Source: Vicugna vicugna (lineage: Eukaryota). Taken from it: a DNA stretch of 64,000 nt. Shown here piece after piece: positions 37,661 to 51,250 of this stretch (its first letter is position 1; the number at the start of each line of letters is the position of its first letter). The translations under genes and the position numbers were made by a program. A model generated the notes under the pieces. The model did not search any database. It was not told the origin of the DNA and was given only the letters and a program-made list of their open reading frames with translations. The DNA lies in NCBI GenBank assembly GCA_013265495.1, contig MU058387.1, positions 496,001 through 560,000 on the forward strand, written 5' to 3'.

Positions 37661-40605
37661 GTCTGGCAGAGATCAATTTTGTGTCTAATTTGTTACCTGC
37701 ACACAGCAGACTTGAGTCTATGGGTTCCAGACAAAGACGGATTTTTTGATCTCTGAGTTTTGTCTAACTCTTGGGACTTTGGTTGGGAAATCACATTTCT
37801 CTGTAAGATGACAGCAAGCCTAGGGGTTTTTCTATGCATTATTCCCCTCTATATCTCCACAGTGGTCACTAGATCAGGTCACAGAGACAATTATCAGGAA
37901 ATGAAGAAAGAGGAGGAGGAGGAGAAGGATGAGGGAGGTGTAGTGAGGGGAGTGGGGAGAGGAAGACAACTGTCTTCTGACAGAGAATTTCTTTTAATAA
38001 ACTCAAAGTCCAATTTGCAATGTCATTGTCTTTATATTGCCTCTCACCTGGTCATCAGTCATTTCTCCTTTAGGGATGAAGCCCAGAACAGTTTTCCAAG
38101 CTGAGCTGACTTGCTCTTTTCAGAGGAGGTACCCTTCAGACACTTCAGAGAGATCCGTTATCCTTTGAAAACGCTTGCCCGACAGTCTGGTCTCTGCCAT
38201 CCTGGAAACTGAATCTAGTCCAAGAGAAGTTTGACCTCTGCCTGTCTTCGGACTATGTGCAGAGCTGTAATCACTAACTACCTGTCTAAACTCATATGCA
38301 TATATATTCCTGTACATAGACATATTATAAATGCACAATATGTATATATACATATGTAATGTTTCATCATATGTATGTATGTCTGTGTACAAAAGTGTGG
38401 GTGTGTGTGTGTGTTTAGGCTGTCACAGGAAAACAGTCAAGAGCTCTGGAGTTCAACAGCTCTACATCTTAATGCCAATTCCAACCCCTATAAACTATAT
38501 AAAAAAAATGACAACTTAATTAACCTATTTGAGTCTACCCTCCTAAGCTCTAAAAGGGTAGTAAGAGTACTTGCCTTGTCCTTTCGTTTGGTGGATTAAG
38601 TGAGGTGTTACATGTAAATCACTGGCTTACATAGACAGTGTTACTCCTTTGTTGTGGGAGACACAGTTGCCTTCTTTGACTTCGATTATGTTCTCACTGA
38701 AGTTCAGAGATAAAAGACACCGGAAATTTAATAGAATTCACATCTGTTGCTTTAGTTACACGACAAATACAAAAATGAACAAAACAATCTTCTGCACTGG
38801 GGCTGAAAGACGAAGCAAGGTGTGATGCTCACTGAAACGCACGTACCAAATATAACAGGAAAACGAGAGGGAGAGAGGGAGACTGAATGGTCAAGATCTG
38901 AGCTGGGCTATAAAACGTAACTTATCTGGAGGTAACATTTGGCAAAAGCTAAGAACTAAAGAAAGGGTCCTCTGGGCTCACGCAAAGCAATGCAAAGTCT
39001 TCGTGCATCTGTGGCAAAGGAGACCCCTCACTTGGGGGTCTATCTACCCTTGTCACTGACACACAATTCAATGCATTTTGCCTACTTTCCTCATACAGGA
39101 GAAATCAGAACTAAAATTTTCAGGTGAGATAGATTTTTTGCTGGTGGCCAGTATTTTGAGAGCAAAGCAGAGGGACAGCTAATGATCTGATAGAGGAGGA
39201 AGAAAGAGGAAATCCGTAAAATCAACGATAAACATTTCAAAACGAAAGCAGCTGGTGGGGGGGTGTCAATGAAGAGCCGTTACCTCTGACATACCCCTCT
39301 GTATCTTTCTGCAGCAGCATATTACAAATAACATCACAACTGCTCTTTGAAGTGATGGATTTAGCATCAAAAACAAGTTAAATTATGTTTCCCATCTCTT
39401 TAAATGAAATTAAACTGTAAAATGCATTGTTGAGTAATGCCATTAAAATAATTACCATTTCTTACGAAGACTTAGTGTTGAAAAGTTGGATAGTTGTTGG
39501 TTGCTTAAGCTTTTGGAGCCAGATTCCTTAAAACTATAACATCTCATAGTAATACTTATTTGGTGGGGTTGTGGTAAGTGGTAAATAAGATAATAATTAT
39601 AGACATATCAGTATCTGGAGTAGCACAGAAGATGTTAATTAATTAATTTCTACTTTTTCAGTTATTTGGAAAATCTGTTTCTTATGGGTTTACCACAGTG
39701 AAAGCTAAATTAGTAGTTATTTCTTATTCTTTTTAGTTAAATGGCCAAATAGCTAAGTGTAAAGAGGTGAACATTTGGTTTAGTCTATTAAACTATAAGT
39801 TGTTACCCTGTTACAGGGATTCTTTCAAAATTCACAGTTCCTCTAAGAGTTGAAAAACAATGCCACATGGCGCTCACGTGGAGAGAGAGCCATTTGTTCT
39901 TCCTGAATACAAGGTGTGTGCTGGATTTATCACACAACTGTGGGAACTCAGATTCTCTCCTTGTTGCTTTATAAAGACAGAGCAGAGGGAATCCTAGCCC
40001 AGAAAAAAAATTAATGTGCGTGTGCATGTTGGAAAGGAAATCGATCTGTCTCATTTTGTGTGAAAGAATCCAGGAATGAACACTTATTAGCAAAGAATGG
40101 GTTACTAAAGAGTAGTTGCATAAGATTTTGTGTGAAAGTACGTATTTTATTTTCGATTTGGAGAACTTTAACACGAGTGAAACGTTGTTCAGAAAGAATG
40201 TTATCCATTCTTTTCACTGAAAGCAATCTTTCCTTTTGGAGAAAAAAAATCACCTCCACTTTCATTATATTCTTTCAATTCCCCTCTGAAGCACATCTTG
40301 ATGTTGCGCGTGGCCCGATCAACATCATGCTTCTGCAAAATCACTCACAACAAAGGAACCAGGGACATTTGACTGAACTTATCAATGGCTCAATTCCCTC
40401 ATTCCGTTCTGGTGAAGATGAAGCAAAAGAACGTGTTACTGGTAGTTAAAGAGAGTTCAAGCTGCATTGCTTGTTGCAAATATTTCATCTTTCAGCTCAG
40501 GCAACTGACAAGCATAGTGTCTGACCCTGTCTGGGTTCCAGGCTCTCAGACTGAGCAGAGAGCTGATTCAGAGATCCTTGGCAGCCCATTTCCTTGCAAT
40601 ACTAT

Positions 40606-40659
40606 ACACACACCATACACACACACACACACACCATACACACACACACACACACACAC
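40606..40659. repeat. Interrupted (CA)n microsatellite
   Basis: CA runs interrupted twice by 'ccata'. Confidence 0.9.
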
Positions 40660-40702
40660 CCCTCTTTCTGCACATCACACACGGTTTTAAAATGAGCCTT
40701 TC

Positions 40703-40863
40703 GGGGGGAGGGGATAGCTCAGTGGTAGAGTGCCTGCCTGGCATGCATGAAGTCCTGGGTTCAATGTCCAGAACTTCCGTCAATCAATCAATTGATCAAT
40801 AAACAAACCTAATTACCTCTCCTCCCTCCCCAAAAAAATAAGTTAAAGAAAAAAAAATAAAAT
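40703..40863 (+). mobile_element. tRNA-derived camelid SINE (vic-1 type), long form
   Basis: G-rich head, A box tagctcagtgg, B box ggttcaat, extra 3' segment 'aaacctaattacctc' and A-rich tail. Degenerate TSD aaaatgagcctttc (40689-40702) / acaatgtgtctttc (40864-40877). Confidence 0.85.
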
Positions 40864-41340
40864 ACAATGTGTCTTTCACTTACATCTACTTATCAAATCT
40901 CGTCTGACTGGCATCTCATCATTTTGAAATACTATCAAGATCAAGTACCTGTTCAAACTTCTTTTCAGTTTGGGCATATGAGTACATTAGGAGAACTAGT
41001 CAAATAAACATGTTAGATCCAGACTTGTGCCTGGGGTCTTTGCAGAGAGGACCCAGAATGGTCAGAAACAAAGAGAAGCAGAAGGTCAAAAATATCTTTT
41101 TAAATAGTTTGCCAAGGATGAAGCCATTACATCAAAAACTTCTTTAGGAAGAAGAGGCAAGTATACATCTAGGGGAAGAAAAAAAAAAAAAAGCCAAGAG
41201 GTCAGAAATGAAAGTGAGGCACTGGAGAACAAGAAAGGGACGGATGTAGGACGTCTGACGTGGCCAGAGCTGAAATTCTTTGTGTTGGGTGCCACTCATA
41301 TGGAGCTTTGTGGAATCTCTTTTGATATAAAAACAGAATA

Positions 41341-41432
41341 GGGGGAGGGTACAGCTCACTAGTAGAGCACATGCTTAGCAAGCACGACGTCCTGGGTTCA
41401 ATCCCCAGTACCTCCGTTAAAAAAAAAGACTG
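41341..41432 (+). mobile_element. tRNA-derived camelid SINE (vic-1 type), short form
   Basis: 'gggggagggtacagctcactagtagagcacatgcttagc...gtcctgggttcaatccccagtacctcc' plus A tail. TSD aaaaacagaatag (41329-41341) / aaaaaccagaatag (41433-41446). Confidence 0.88.
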
Positions 41433-44400
41433 AAAAACCAGAATAGTCCCAGACTTCCCTACAGACACAACATCTAAACACAAAACACAATAAGAACATA
41501 TGGTTCAACATGGACACACTGCATGAAGTTCGCTCACCTCCCGTGTTCACACAGGCACTGAGGATCCCTCTACCGTGGTGATCATCTCACTTGCTATCTT
41601 TTTTTTCCCTCTGTTTTTCTCATTCATCTGACACTTCAGTCATAATGTGAGCTCTAGGGGAAAAAAATTTTTACCTCTCTGTCTGTAGCTTCCAGTAGAG
41701 TCCACAGCGGGTTTCCTGAAGTGACGTTTAGTGCAGCAAGCCGGTCATCTGGAAGAGATTTACAAACCCTGAGCCATTAATAAAGCTAAGTGACCTGGAC
41801 AGTGTAAGATCAAGTCAAGGAAACAAAGTTGCAAAGGGGTGAAGCGTTCCAAATGCTGTCTTTCATAAAACCCAGCCGCATTAATTCAGAAAATATTTAT
41901 TGTCCACAAACGCTGTGGTCGCATCGATGAAGAGGTAGCATCAGCCAGACTGTCTTCCTGGCGGGCGTCGCTGCATTCTTCCTCTTATAATACAAATTCC
42001 TGAGGCCACGGAGCAAATTTACTCAGCACTCTTGGCCATCATCTAGAATGAGCATCACACCTTCTGCATTTCATTAGAATTTTTAGGACAGCGGTTTGTG
42101 GCTAAAAAAAAAAAAAATACACACAAACAAAAAACCCTTCCAGTGAACTATGAACATTATTTTCAGCTAATTTGGGGGAACACAGAGATGACGAAAAAAC
42201 TCAAACTTGCTTGGCATTAAGATAGTTGAAATATAGGGAAGTATATGCTTAAAATTATTAGAGTCACCAGTAGTCATTGGTAGAATAACACTTCACCTAT
42301 ATTTTAGTTTGGTCAGAGCTTATTAATTCATATTTTTAAAAGAAATTAGGGAATGACTATCAATCACGTAACAATGTGGGTTTGAGAGTGTGGAAGGGGC
42401 CAATTCTGGATCCTCCTTTATTCACACATCCTCCTCTCGTGACTGGCGATTTTTCAGTTTCTTTTCCCTGGAAAGCCCCTTAAGAGCTGTGTCTTATTCC
42501 TGCCTCTTTCCTGGCTGGCACGGAAGCCTCATTCTGCCTGGATGGTTAGGTGACTTAAACTTGCCTGCTTCCACTGTCTCCTTAACACACTCAAATAAGC
42601 TTCTGTCACTATTCCACTGAAAACGGCTTCTATCAACTGTTTACAAATTTTGCCAAGTATCTGTTACCTTCAAGGCAAATACCAATGATCTCAAGCCATA
42701 TCCAGGCCTTAACTTTGAACATGTCGTAAAATTGAGATGCTGAGAAAAAAGCCTCCTGCCCTCTGTCGGATTCCCTGCTCTACAAGTAGCCAGTGGGCGT
42801 GGCAGAATTAATGTATTTGGGATCAAATTCTAAACCAACACTCCCATCCCTACAGACCAAACAGAGCCTGAGAGTGAAGATGGGAGAGCAAATAGGTAAT
42901 TTTTTTTCATATTACAAATATAAAATAGCTGTTAGCCAAAATGATGAAAAATAAAAATACATATATAGGTAAACAACACATTGGATAAGCAAAATATAAA
43001 GGCAGAGTGGTAATGTTTGTATAAAGAGGTCTTGGAAGGAAAAAGAAGACCAAATCTCAGTAGGAGGGTAGGCAGAGAGCACATGAATGAACCGTTCGCA
43101 CAGACAAAAGCAACACAAACTGTCCTTTTTCAGAGCCTCGCTAGTAAAGGCAATGTAAATTAATAGGATTCCAGGGTTTACTTCTTACACTGGCAGTGAT
43201 TTTTCAACCTAAAACTCCACGTCAGGAAGAGAGCGTGGAAAGGCTGTTCTCTTTCTTTGCAAGTAGGAATGAGAAGTAGCAAAAACTTCATGCTGGGGAA
43301 TTTGTAACACAAACCCCAGACTCTAAAATGATCTGTTTCCTTTAATTTTCGAATTTCATTTCTGGAAATATATCCTAAGTAAATGAATTATCAATGCACG
43401 CAAGTAGTGAACGGGAAGGATGCTTGTGGGAATCCATTTTCGCACAGCTGTGGGCCCCCCAGGCCTCTTAGAACACTGACACTGAGCACCAACGCGAGAC
43501 ACAGCCTGACCTATGCCACAGAGGATGCCTGCGTTGCTGCTCTGAGGCCCTGCCCGACACAGAGGGGCAGGTGAGCGGGGCTCGCCTCCTTCCAACTGCC
43601 CATGGACACCATGGCCACCACACACGCCATCTCACAGCGGCTCCTCTCTCTTACAGAGCAGGAGGAAAAGAAGTGTCCAGTCCCACAATACAGCCATCAG
43701 GATTCCTTCTCATTCAGGTCACAGCCAAATTCAGTGAGACAAGGCTTCTAGAGATGACTGAGATCAAATTCTTCCTCACAGTCCTTGTCCAAACTGTAAG
43801 CCATCCCATAGTTTGTACTCACCTGACTTTTAGCCCAGCAAGGCAATGAGCAACCTCTACATTGACTCACCCTTCCACACGCCCTTTTTCTTCCAAATCC
43901 TTTCATTGGGTCTACGGAACACTCAACACATAACCAGAAGATTCCCCTGTATCTCCAATCTCCACACTTCAGAGAAAACTGACTCCCTGAATCTACACTG
44001 TTTCTCCTGGGTTTTACCCAGTGGAATCTTATGCATCCTGATTGAAAGGCTGTCGGTGGGTCATGGTCCTCTTTTTCCAGTGTAGGCACTTATCCTTGCT
44101 CCCGACAGGGAAATCCTTGGTCCTTGTTACACGCCCCTCTGTCCCTCCTCACTGTTCTCATCTTCTGGCTCTTGCAAATGGCGCCCCGTGCATTGTCGTC
44201 TCTTTTACCTGTCTGTCTTCCTCTCTACCTCAACTCTGGCTTCAGAGTCACATGAGAAACCTATCAATACTCTTGTTTCTCAAAGACCCATCCCCTCTCC
44301 CATGGCCCCTTCCTTTTTTCAAGTTGCCCACTGAAACTCACCATGACTTGAAATGGCTCCAACTCCACAATCCCAGCATTCTGGCTGGTGCTGCATTTCT

Positions 44401-44664
44401 ACAGACCATGTTCTTTGTACCTTTCGTCTGCAGATGTCTCCACATTCTCCTGTCCATTGGCCTCTCTTGGGGCACTTCTCTCTACACCCAGCTTCATTCC
44501 AGTCCTTTTCTCACCAATTCCCCGAATCTTTGGCCCTTCCTTATATGAAAAGACTCCCAACCGGGATGAATCAAACTTTGACTTCTTCAGGTCAATTCCA
44601 GACTGTGGACTTGGGGCAGAGGAACCTCACAAGGCAGCATCTGGATACTTCTTTTTTTAATATT

Positions 44665-44880
44665 TTTTTTTAATTGAAGTAGAGTCAGTTTACAATATTG
44701 CATCAATTTCTGGTGTGTAGCATAATGTCTCAGTCATCCATATATATATACATATATTCCTTTTCATATTCTTTTCCCTTATAGGTTACTACAAGATATT
44801 GAACACAGTTCCCTGTGTTATACAGAAGGAACTTGTTTATCTATTTTATATATAGTAGTTAGTATCTGCCAATCTTGAAT
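44665..44880 (-). mobile_element. Cetartiodactyl/camelid L1 3' UTR fragment
   Basis: T tail then 'aattgaagtagagtcagtttacaat...aatttctggtgt...ttataggttactacaagatattgaacacagttccctgtg'; same family as 17990-18232. Confidence 0.85.
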
Positions 44881-44899
44881 ATCAAATCAGGGTCCAACC

Positions 44900-45930
44900 T
44901 CAAACGGGCCTCCCCACCGCTTACAGTTCTACCATATTCCCCATCAGCTCCCTCTCCCTCTCTTAACGACGATGACTTTAAACTTGCCCCCCACTCTTTA
45001 AACATCTCATCTACCTCCCAACTGTCATCAGATGACTTTGCAACTCACTTTGAAAAAAATATAGACTTTTTAAAAAAGGCAACTGCTTTGACTTCTGTGC
45101 TAAACCGTCCAAGCCTGCCTAGCTCTGAGCTCATTCTACCTTCATCTGTTCTTCAGTGGGGGGTTGCCCCCACCCTCCAAGGTCAGCCCCTCTTGCAGAT
45201 GCTCTGCGTCACCTCCACCCCACCTCTCAGGACACTCAGCCTAACTCACGAGTAGCCCCACAGCAAACGTATGATGACGTCCTCTGTGCGCTCGACGATC
45301 ACTCCTCCTCCTCTGCACCGAGGCAGGTGCGAATCCCTCCCTTCTGTAGAAAGTGGAAAAATGAACACTCTTCCTTCAACCTTGGACCCTCTCCCTCTCC
45401 ACCACTTTCTCTGTGGTTCCCTTTGCAGTGCAGTAGAGACAGTTTGTGCTTTAAGCATGAGCTCTGGAATCGGAATTCTGATTTTGCCTATTACTGTATG
45501 AGTGACCCGCAGTAATAACTTCTCTGAGCCTCAGTTTTTTCACCTCTAAGAGAATACACACGTGGTTCCTGCTTCATCGGGGTGTTACAGGGGTTAAATA
45601 AATCAGCACGCTTAAAGCACCAAGCCGACCGCCTGAGACTTGCAAATGCCTTAAATATTATTTATAATTGTTATTTATAGCCAGATTCCGGAAATGGCGG
45701 AGTATCCCTGCTGTCTCCGTGTCCTTGCACCTCTTTTGCACCTCGCTGAACTCCTCGCTGTATTCCACTCCAACACGCGACTGAATTCTTCAGATTGCTA
45801 GTGACCTTCGATGTTCTCCATTCAGTGGATACTTTAACGTTTTCATCTAATTTGATTTCTCAGTAGCTTTGAAAAAATACTTTTAAAAAAATATTTCCTT
45901 GTCTTGTCCCCCAAGATCCCTAACTCTTGC
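44900..45930 (+). mobile_element. Degenerate L2 ORF2 remnants interrupted by a MIR
   Basis: Peptide DDFATHFEKNI near 45030 resembles the L2/CR1 pre-RT motif; 'tttcatctaatttgatttctcagtagctttga' near 45840-45872 resembles RT motif LLDLSAAFD. Confidence 0.55.
45450..45680 (+). mobile_element. MIR SINE
   Basis: 'gctctggaatc...acttctctgagcctcagtttt...ttaaataaatc...gcttaaagcac'. Confidence 0.8.
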
Positions 45931-46444
45931 TGCCCCTTCTCAGTGTCTCTTACCAAATATGGGGAAATTATTTAGAAATATGTTTTCTATTTTCCTTTCA
46001 TGTTAAGATCTTAAGGTTTCGTAAAATAATTGTTATTAAAGGCCTAAAATTCACAGGATATTGAGTTCCTCTATTTAGATATAAAAATGAAGTCCCTATA
46101 CCATCACTTGAAGAATAGCTTTTGAAAGTAATAGATTCTTAAATTATTGATTAAAATTTCAAACCATACAAAAAGTTAAAAAAAAAAGACCACTTCAAGG
46201 CTTAGTCCCCAAATAAATGTAATCACTTAAATAGGTGTGTGTGTGCTTGGATTCCTAAACAAAAAAACAAACAGGTAAGTTTCTTTAAGGAAAAATGTCT
46301 GAACCAGAGGAAACTCACTGACAAGCAGGCTAGAGCCTGACGCATCGGGCATAAAGCCAGAGCACTAGCTCAGAGCGTCTGTTTAGGACACAGTTTCTTA
46401 CCTGGAGAGGATCTGGGCTTATTCTGCAATCAGATGGGCCCCCA

Positions 46445-46983
46445 TGTTTCAGCTGTGTGACGCTGCCTGGCAAAGCATCCCAAATGCAGTGGCCCAAAGC
46501 ATCGCACATTCATTTGCTCAGGATGCTGTGGATTGGCAATCGGGGCTGTGCTCAGCTCGTCAGACCTCCTGCTGGCCTGACCCAGGGTCCCTGTTGTCGG
46601 GTCGACCTTCAAGAAATTCTCCTGGTTTACGGTGGTAAGAGATGGCCTCGCTTACACGCCTGGTGTTGGTGCAGGGCATCAGCGGGCCTCTGTCTCCACT
46701 TCATTCCCCATCCTAGGGAAGATCAGCCTTGGCTTCTACACAGGGGAAGGGGGCGGCAAGACAGTGAGACAGGAAGCTGCAACGTTTCACAAGAGGAGGC
46801 TTAGAGGTGACAACATATCTGCAGCATTCTATAGGTCACAGCAAGTCACAAGTCCAGACTAGATTCAAGGGGGATAAGAAACCCACCTCTTGATGGGAGA
46901 AGCAACAAAGTGACGGTGCAAAGGAATGCACCAACATAGATGCGAGGAATTGCTGTGGCCATCTCTGCAAAAAATCTACCTCA
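46445..46983 (-). mobile_element. MaLR solo LTR (MLT1G/H-like)
   Basis: 'gcattctataggtcacagcaagtcacaagtccagactagattcaagggg...ccacctcttgatgggagaagc...gtggccatct...aatctacctca' is a typical antisense MLT1 5' region. Confidence 0.8.
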
Positions 46984-47199
46984 ATACCATTTCTTGGCAA
47001 CCTTTTCCTTTTTTTATTTTCCCCAGCATGTATTCTGAACCTGCATCATGCTTATCAAACCCACCGTTCTCCCCAGTGCAACATGCCTCCTAAATCACAG
47101 ACCAAATCCATGTCTTTCCGCCTTCACACTGCTGCTCTGGACCTCTTACAAAGGTACTGTATCTATGCTCATCTCACTGCCTTCCCTGCTGTACTTGTA

Positions 47200-48700
47200 C
47201 CTGAGGGTGGGGATCACATTGCTCTTCTAATCCCTTCACTTCTGATCCAGATGTACACCATCTTCAGGCTCTCCTGGGACCCCCTCCATCATCGACTCCC
47301 TCTTCTCTGTGTCTTCAATCTTTCCTTCTCAACAGGAAGAACCCCCTTATCCCATAGCCAGAATAACTGCCTGTTCTATTAGCAAACAAACAAAAGCGAA
47401 AATAAAAGAATAAAGTAAAAGTAAAAGAATAAAGAAAACTGGTCCAGGTTTTGTGTGTTTTCCAGTCCTTTCTCCAGCTTCCTTTTCACATCCAGGCTTC
47501 TGGAAGGCTTCCTGTCTTCATCTGGTTGCTTGCCTCTTCGTCCAGCCCTCAACCTCTTGTAAACTGATTTGTGTCCTACGTTTCCCGTTATTCCATTCAA
47601 ACTACTCACGTTAACATGGCCAACAAATTAACCATTCTCAGCTCCACACCACGCTTTTCAGTCTCGTCTCCCTCAACCTGTCTGCTCCACTAGATACTAT
47701 TAACCTTGTTCATTGTGAGATTCTCTCCCATCTTGGTGTCTGACCTGCTCATATCACCTTCTGGACGCTACACCTGCCACTCTGGTCTCTCCATCTCACC
47801 CTCTTGCCTGAGCTTCTTTTTTCTCTGTCCACTTATTAAATGTAGTCTTACCCCATTTGTTCCTCTTGTATCTTCCCTTGAGTTCATGATCCCACCAAGC
47901 CCACGGTTTCCATGCCCACCTGAGGTTGCCGGGCTCCAAGTAAATATCTTCCCCTCACATCTTTCTCCTGGGAGGCCAGCTTAGAGTGAATCTGGTAAAG
48001 AAACCTCAATATCATCATATCCAAGTGGAACACATCACCATCCGCCTCCTTCCAGTAGGTACCCCAGGCACTAAATTGTTCCTCCGCCTTTACCCCTGTG
48101 TTACCCACAAGCAGGGTACACCGTGTCAGAAGTCTGGGCATCTCCTTCAATGATTTGACCCTGCTCTCATTCCCAATCAGGGCCCAACCCTGTTTCTGGA
48201 ATCCATCTCACCTTCTCATCTACCCCGCCACTGACTTTAGTTCAAACCCCATCATCTCCTGCTTAGATTCAACAGACAGTGCCCGAGGTCTGATGTGAAA
48301 TGTCTCATCTCAGGGCTATTCTCTCACACCATTGCCCACATATCAGCCCTGCCAGGGTAATGATCATGTTCTCATATGCCTTCTCCCCTGTGCTGTCTGC
48401 CAGGAACCCACTTCCCATTCTTCTCCACTGCTGGGAGTTACTTGGTTATCCTTCTAGGCTCATCTAAAACATCACCTCCTTGCTGAAGGCTTCTTTTGTC
48501 TCCTGGGCTGAATCAGGCACCTGTACTGTGAGCAATAACTTTAATGTATGGCGATCTTGAATGTCTTATTGATCTCATGCTATCACCTCCACTGAGCTGT
48601 GTTAAGTGAGAGAAGCTATGTTTCATTAACCCTCTTCTCTCCAGTGCCTAGCCCAATGTCTGAGCCATATCAGACACTCTTGAATGAAGAAATGAATGAG
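47200..48700 (+). mobile_element. Long degenerate L2 LINE (RT region through 3' tail)
   Basis: RT-like segment 47480-47710 ('ttttcagtctcgtctccctcaacctgtctgctccactagatac'); mid-L2 'ccatcatctcctgcttagatt'; 3' 'tctccagtgcctagcccaatgtctg...tgaatgaagaaatgaatga'. Confidence 0.75.
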
Positions 48701-49479
48701 TAGCAAATATAAACTCATTTTCACGTCCCAAAAAGGGCTGCAGCACCTAACATGGTCCTTAACACAAAAAGCAAGTGAAGAGAAGATGAGATTTTACAGC
48801 AAATTTTCTGCAGAACTTGTTCTTATATGTGTCCGGAGTCCCAAAGCTGTAGATAGAATCCGAGTGGGTAAAACCATCAAACCTTAAGCAATAAAGTGAT
48901 TAAAAGAGCTGAGTAAATGCTTTTCAAATTATTTCCTCAAGATGTTGGACACGGACACAGCCACTATCCTTTCCTGAGGATCCGTATTCCATTAAATGAG
49001 AGACAGCGTGGGGCTTGCGTGCCCCATTTCAAAGATGGAGAAAGTGTGGGACGAAGCAATTACTGAGTACAGTTAAGCCTACCAGCAATTTTGGGTTTGC
49101 AGTTGTAACATTTCCTCTTTCCCTCTTATTGCAAAAAGCATTTCACAAGGCAAGTGAGAATAGGGTTACTATTGGAATAACCTTTCATTCAATACAATTT
49201 ATGAATACATAAACTATTCACAGACTTCAGCGCGATATTGTTAGCAGCACTTTGCTTGTGACTATACTTCCTCCACTGGTTAAAATGCACCTGTGTGTCT
49301 TGACAGTAAAGTTGGAAACCATTCCATTAGACTATTGATTGGCTCACCAAACGTCTTTCCTTTGCTGGCAACCTTCAAAAATGTAAAGAATCGAACAAGG
49401 ATCTCTGAGATTTAGTGCTCAGTTACCTTGGCATTCTTGCCATTAGCAAGCATACATTTCTCAAAAACCAGTCTTATAA

Positions 49480-49742
49480 TGCAATGTGATATTATGAACT
49501 GGATCCCGAACAGAAGGAAAACAAAAGTACAAAGGTAGGAAAACTGTGGACGTCTGAATAAAGCGTGTGGGTTAGACAGCCCATTACACCGATGGTAATT
49601 TCTTAGTTTTGGGAAACGTACCTTGGTTACTCAAGAGGCTAACCATAGGGGACACTGGGTGAAGGGCATGTGGCAATTCTCCATATTATCTTTGCAACTC
49701 TTCTGTAAAGCAAAACCTATTTCCAAATAAAAAGTTTTTAAA
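49480..49742 (+). mobile_element. Old L1 (L1MD/ME-like) 3' end
   Basis: 'gcaatgtgatatt...ggatcc...taatttcttagtttt...ctgggtgaagggcat...tatctttgcaactcttctgtaaa...ccaaataaaaagtt'. Confidence 0.8.
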
Positions 49743-51029
49743 ATATATTATGTCATTCTTATAGACATGCTCTTTTGAAATTACTATCAACTGTGAAAAG
49801 CAAGTTAGTTGGTTTCCATTCTCCTTGCATATTAATCATCTGAAAACATGCAGTGAGTGTAACAACAAAGTGCCTGCACTCGTGGATTCTCAGCAAAGAT
49901 CAGCATCACGCCTTATGATAAGTGAACACGAGCCTACAGCGGTTCCAGTGTCACTGCCTGGCCACTGCAGGGAAAGAGGGTGAAGTGTCAGGAGGTAAAA
50001 TTGATCTTTTCCTCCTTCTGCTGGATAATAATACTTAACATCTATCTTACTTTTAAGATCAAGGCCAGGAACTAAGACACAGCCTGGAGGGAAAAAAAAA
50101 ATCAGTATTATACATTATACCCTAGCCACATATGATTCATGCTAAAGTTAATGCTGTGGACACAGGACAGAGCTAGGAACATCAATTTAGAATAATTTTT
50201 TCAAGATTAAAGTTTAGGATCATTTCCATGTGCCAAGCTTACGTTTTTGCTGTATTAAAAAGTGAGTATGTACGTACTCATGTGTGGGGAGATTGGGGTA
50301 ATGAACTACAGATTAGGCCAGACACCAAAAAAAACAGAATACAGGAGACAAGAAAAATGGTTTTATTTCATTCCCATCTTCGCAAAACTGATCGCGTACA
50401 AATAGTGATAGTGAGAATCGGAAGGACACAGAAGCAGCATGAAGTATTCATACATTCATTTAATGAGCATGCATTGAACACCTACTTTGTGCTTAAGGAA
50501 GGATATATTTTTAAAGCACATCTAATATTGCAAGGCACAAAAACTTACAGAGCAGTAGACTGAAATAATGATCTATATTTTCTTTCCTTTATATAATGCA
50601 TAATTCTCACTGACACTGGTCGGATTTAGAATAAATGGAGAAGGAAGTATTACACTTTATTTCCATTTATGCCCTATCCTTGGCAGAATCTGCTCAGGGT
50701 AAATGCAGTTACATGATTCACAGGCTCCATGTGGATGCAGTGGCATCGGGAAATATTAGAAATGCTTGGGTCAGAGCCTTCATCCGAGATTGATATGATT
50801 CTTCTCAGCATGCTTGCATTTTAGATGGGAAATAATACAATGATAACGTTCAGAGTGAGGCTTAGAATTTTTGAGCACAAAGTGTGCTCTCTATATTCAA
50901 AGACAGGAATGAAACCCATTTCCCAGTGTCACAGTTGCTAAATTTTCAGAGAAGTGTCTGTAAATTCTTATCTTGAAGTTTGTATTTCAGTTATACTACA
51001 AACCTGAAATTCTGAATGAGAACTGCTAA

Positions 51030-51250
51030 ACTCACAGAGCACTTACTACCTCTGAGGCGCTGTGCCCAGGGCTCATGTAGTTCTCACCAATGATATTATG
51101 CCACAAAGCACCAGGATGAGCACCCCATTCGCTAGATGCCCGTCTTAGAGAGATACAGTAAAGGACCCAATGTTAAACAGCGAGTAAGTGGTGATCTGTG
51201 GTTCAAATTCAAGCTGTTTAAGCCCAGAGTCCACAGTTGTCATCACCCCT
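51030..51250 (-). mobile_element. MIR SINE remnant
   Basis: 'agagcacttactac...gcgctgtgc...caccccatt...gagtaagtgg...ggttcaaattcaagctgtt'. Confidence 0.6.

Noticed and set aside
40703..41416. Functional tRNA genes
   Set aside because: A/B boxes are present, but both copies have A tails and TSDs typical of SINEs, and I could not form a clean cloverleaf.
41921..41939. gcatcgatgaaga resembling a conserved 5.8S rRNA motif
   Set aside because: Only about 13 nt match and the flanks do not continue the rRNA; expected by chance.
44042..44673. 168-aa ORF and overlapping ORFs
   Set aside because: Pyrimidine-rich, probably L2-derived sequence with several frames open; no protein similarity recognised.
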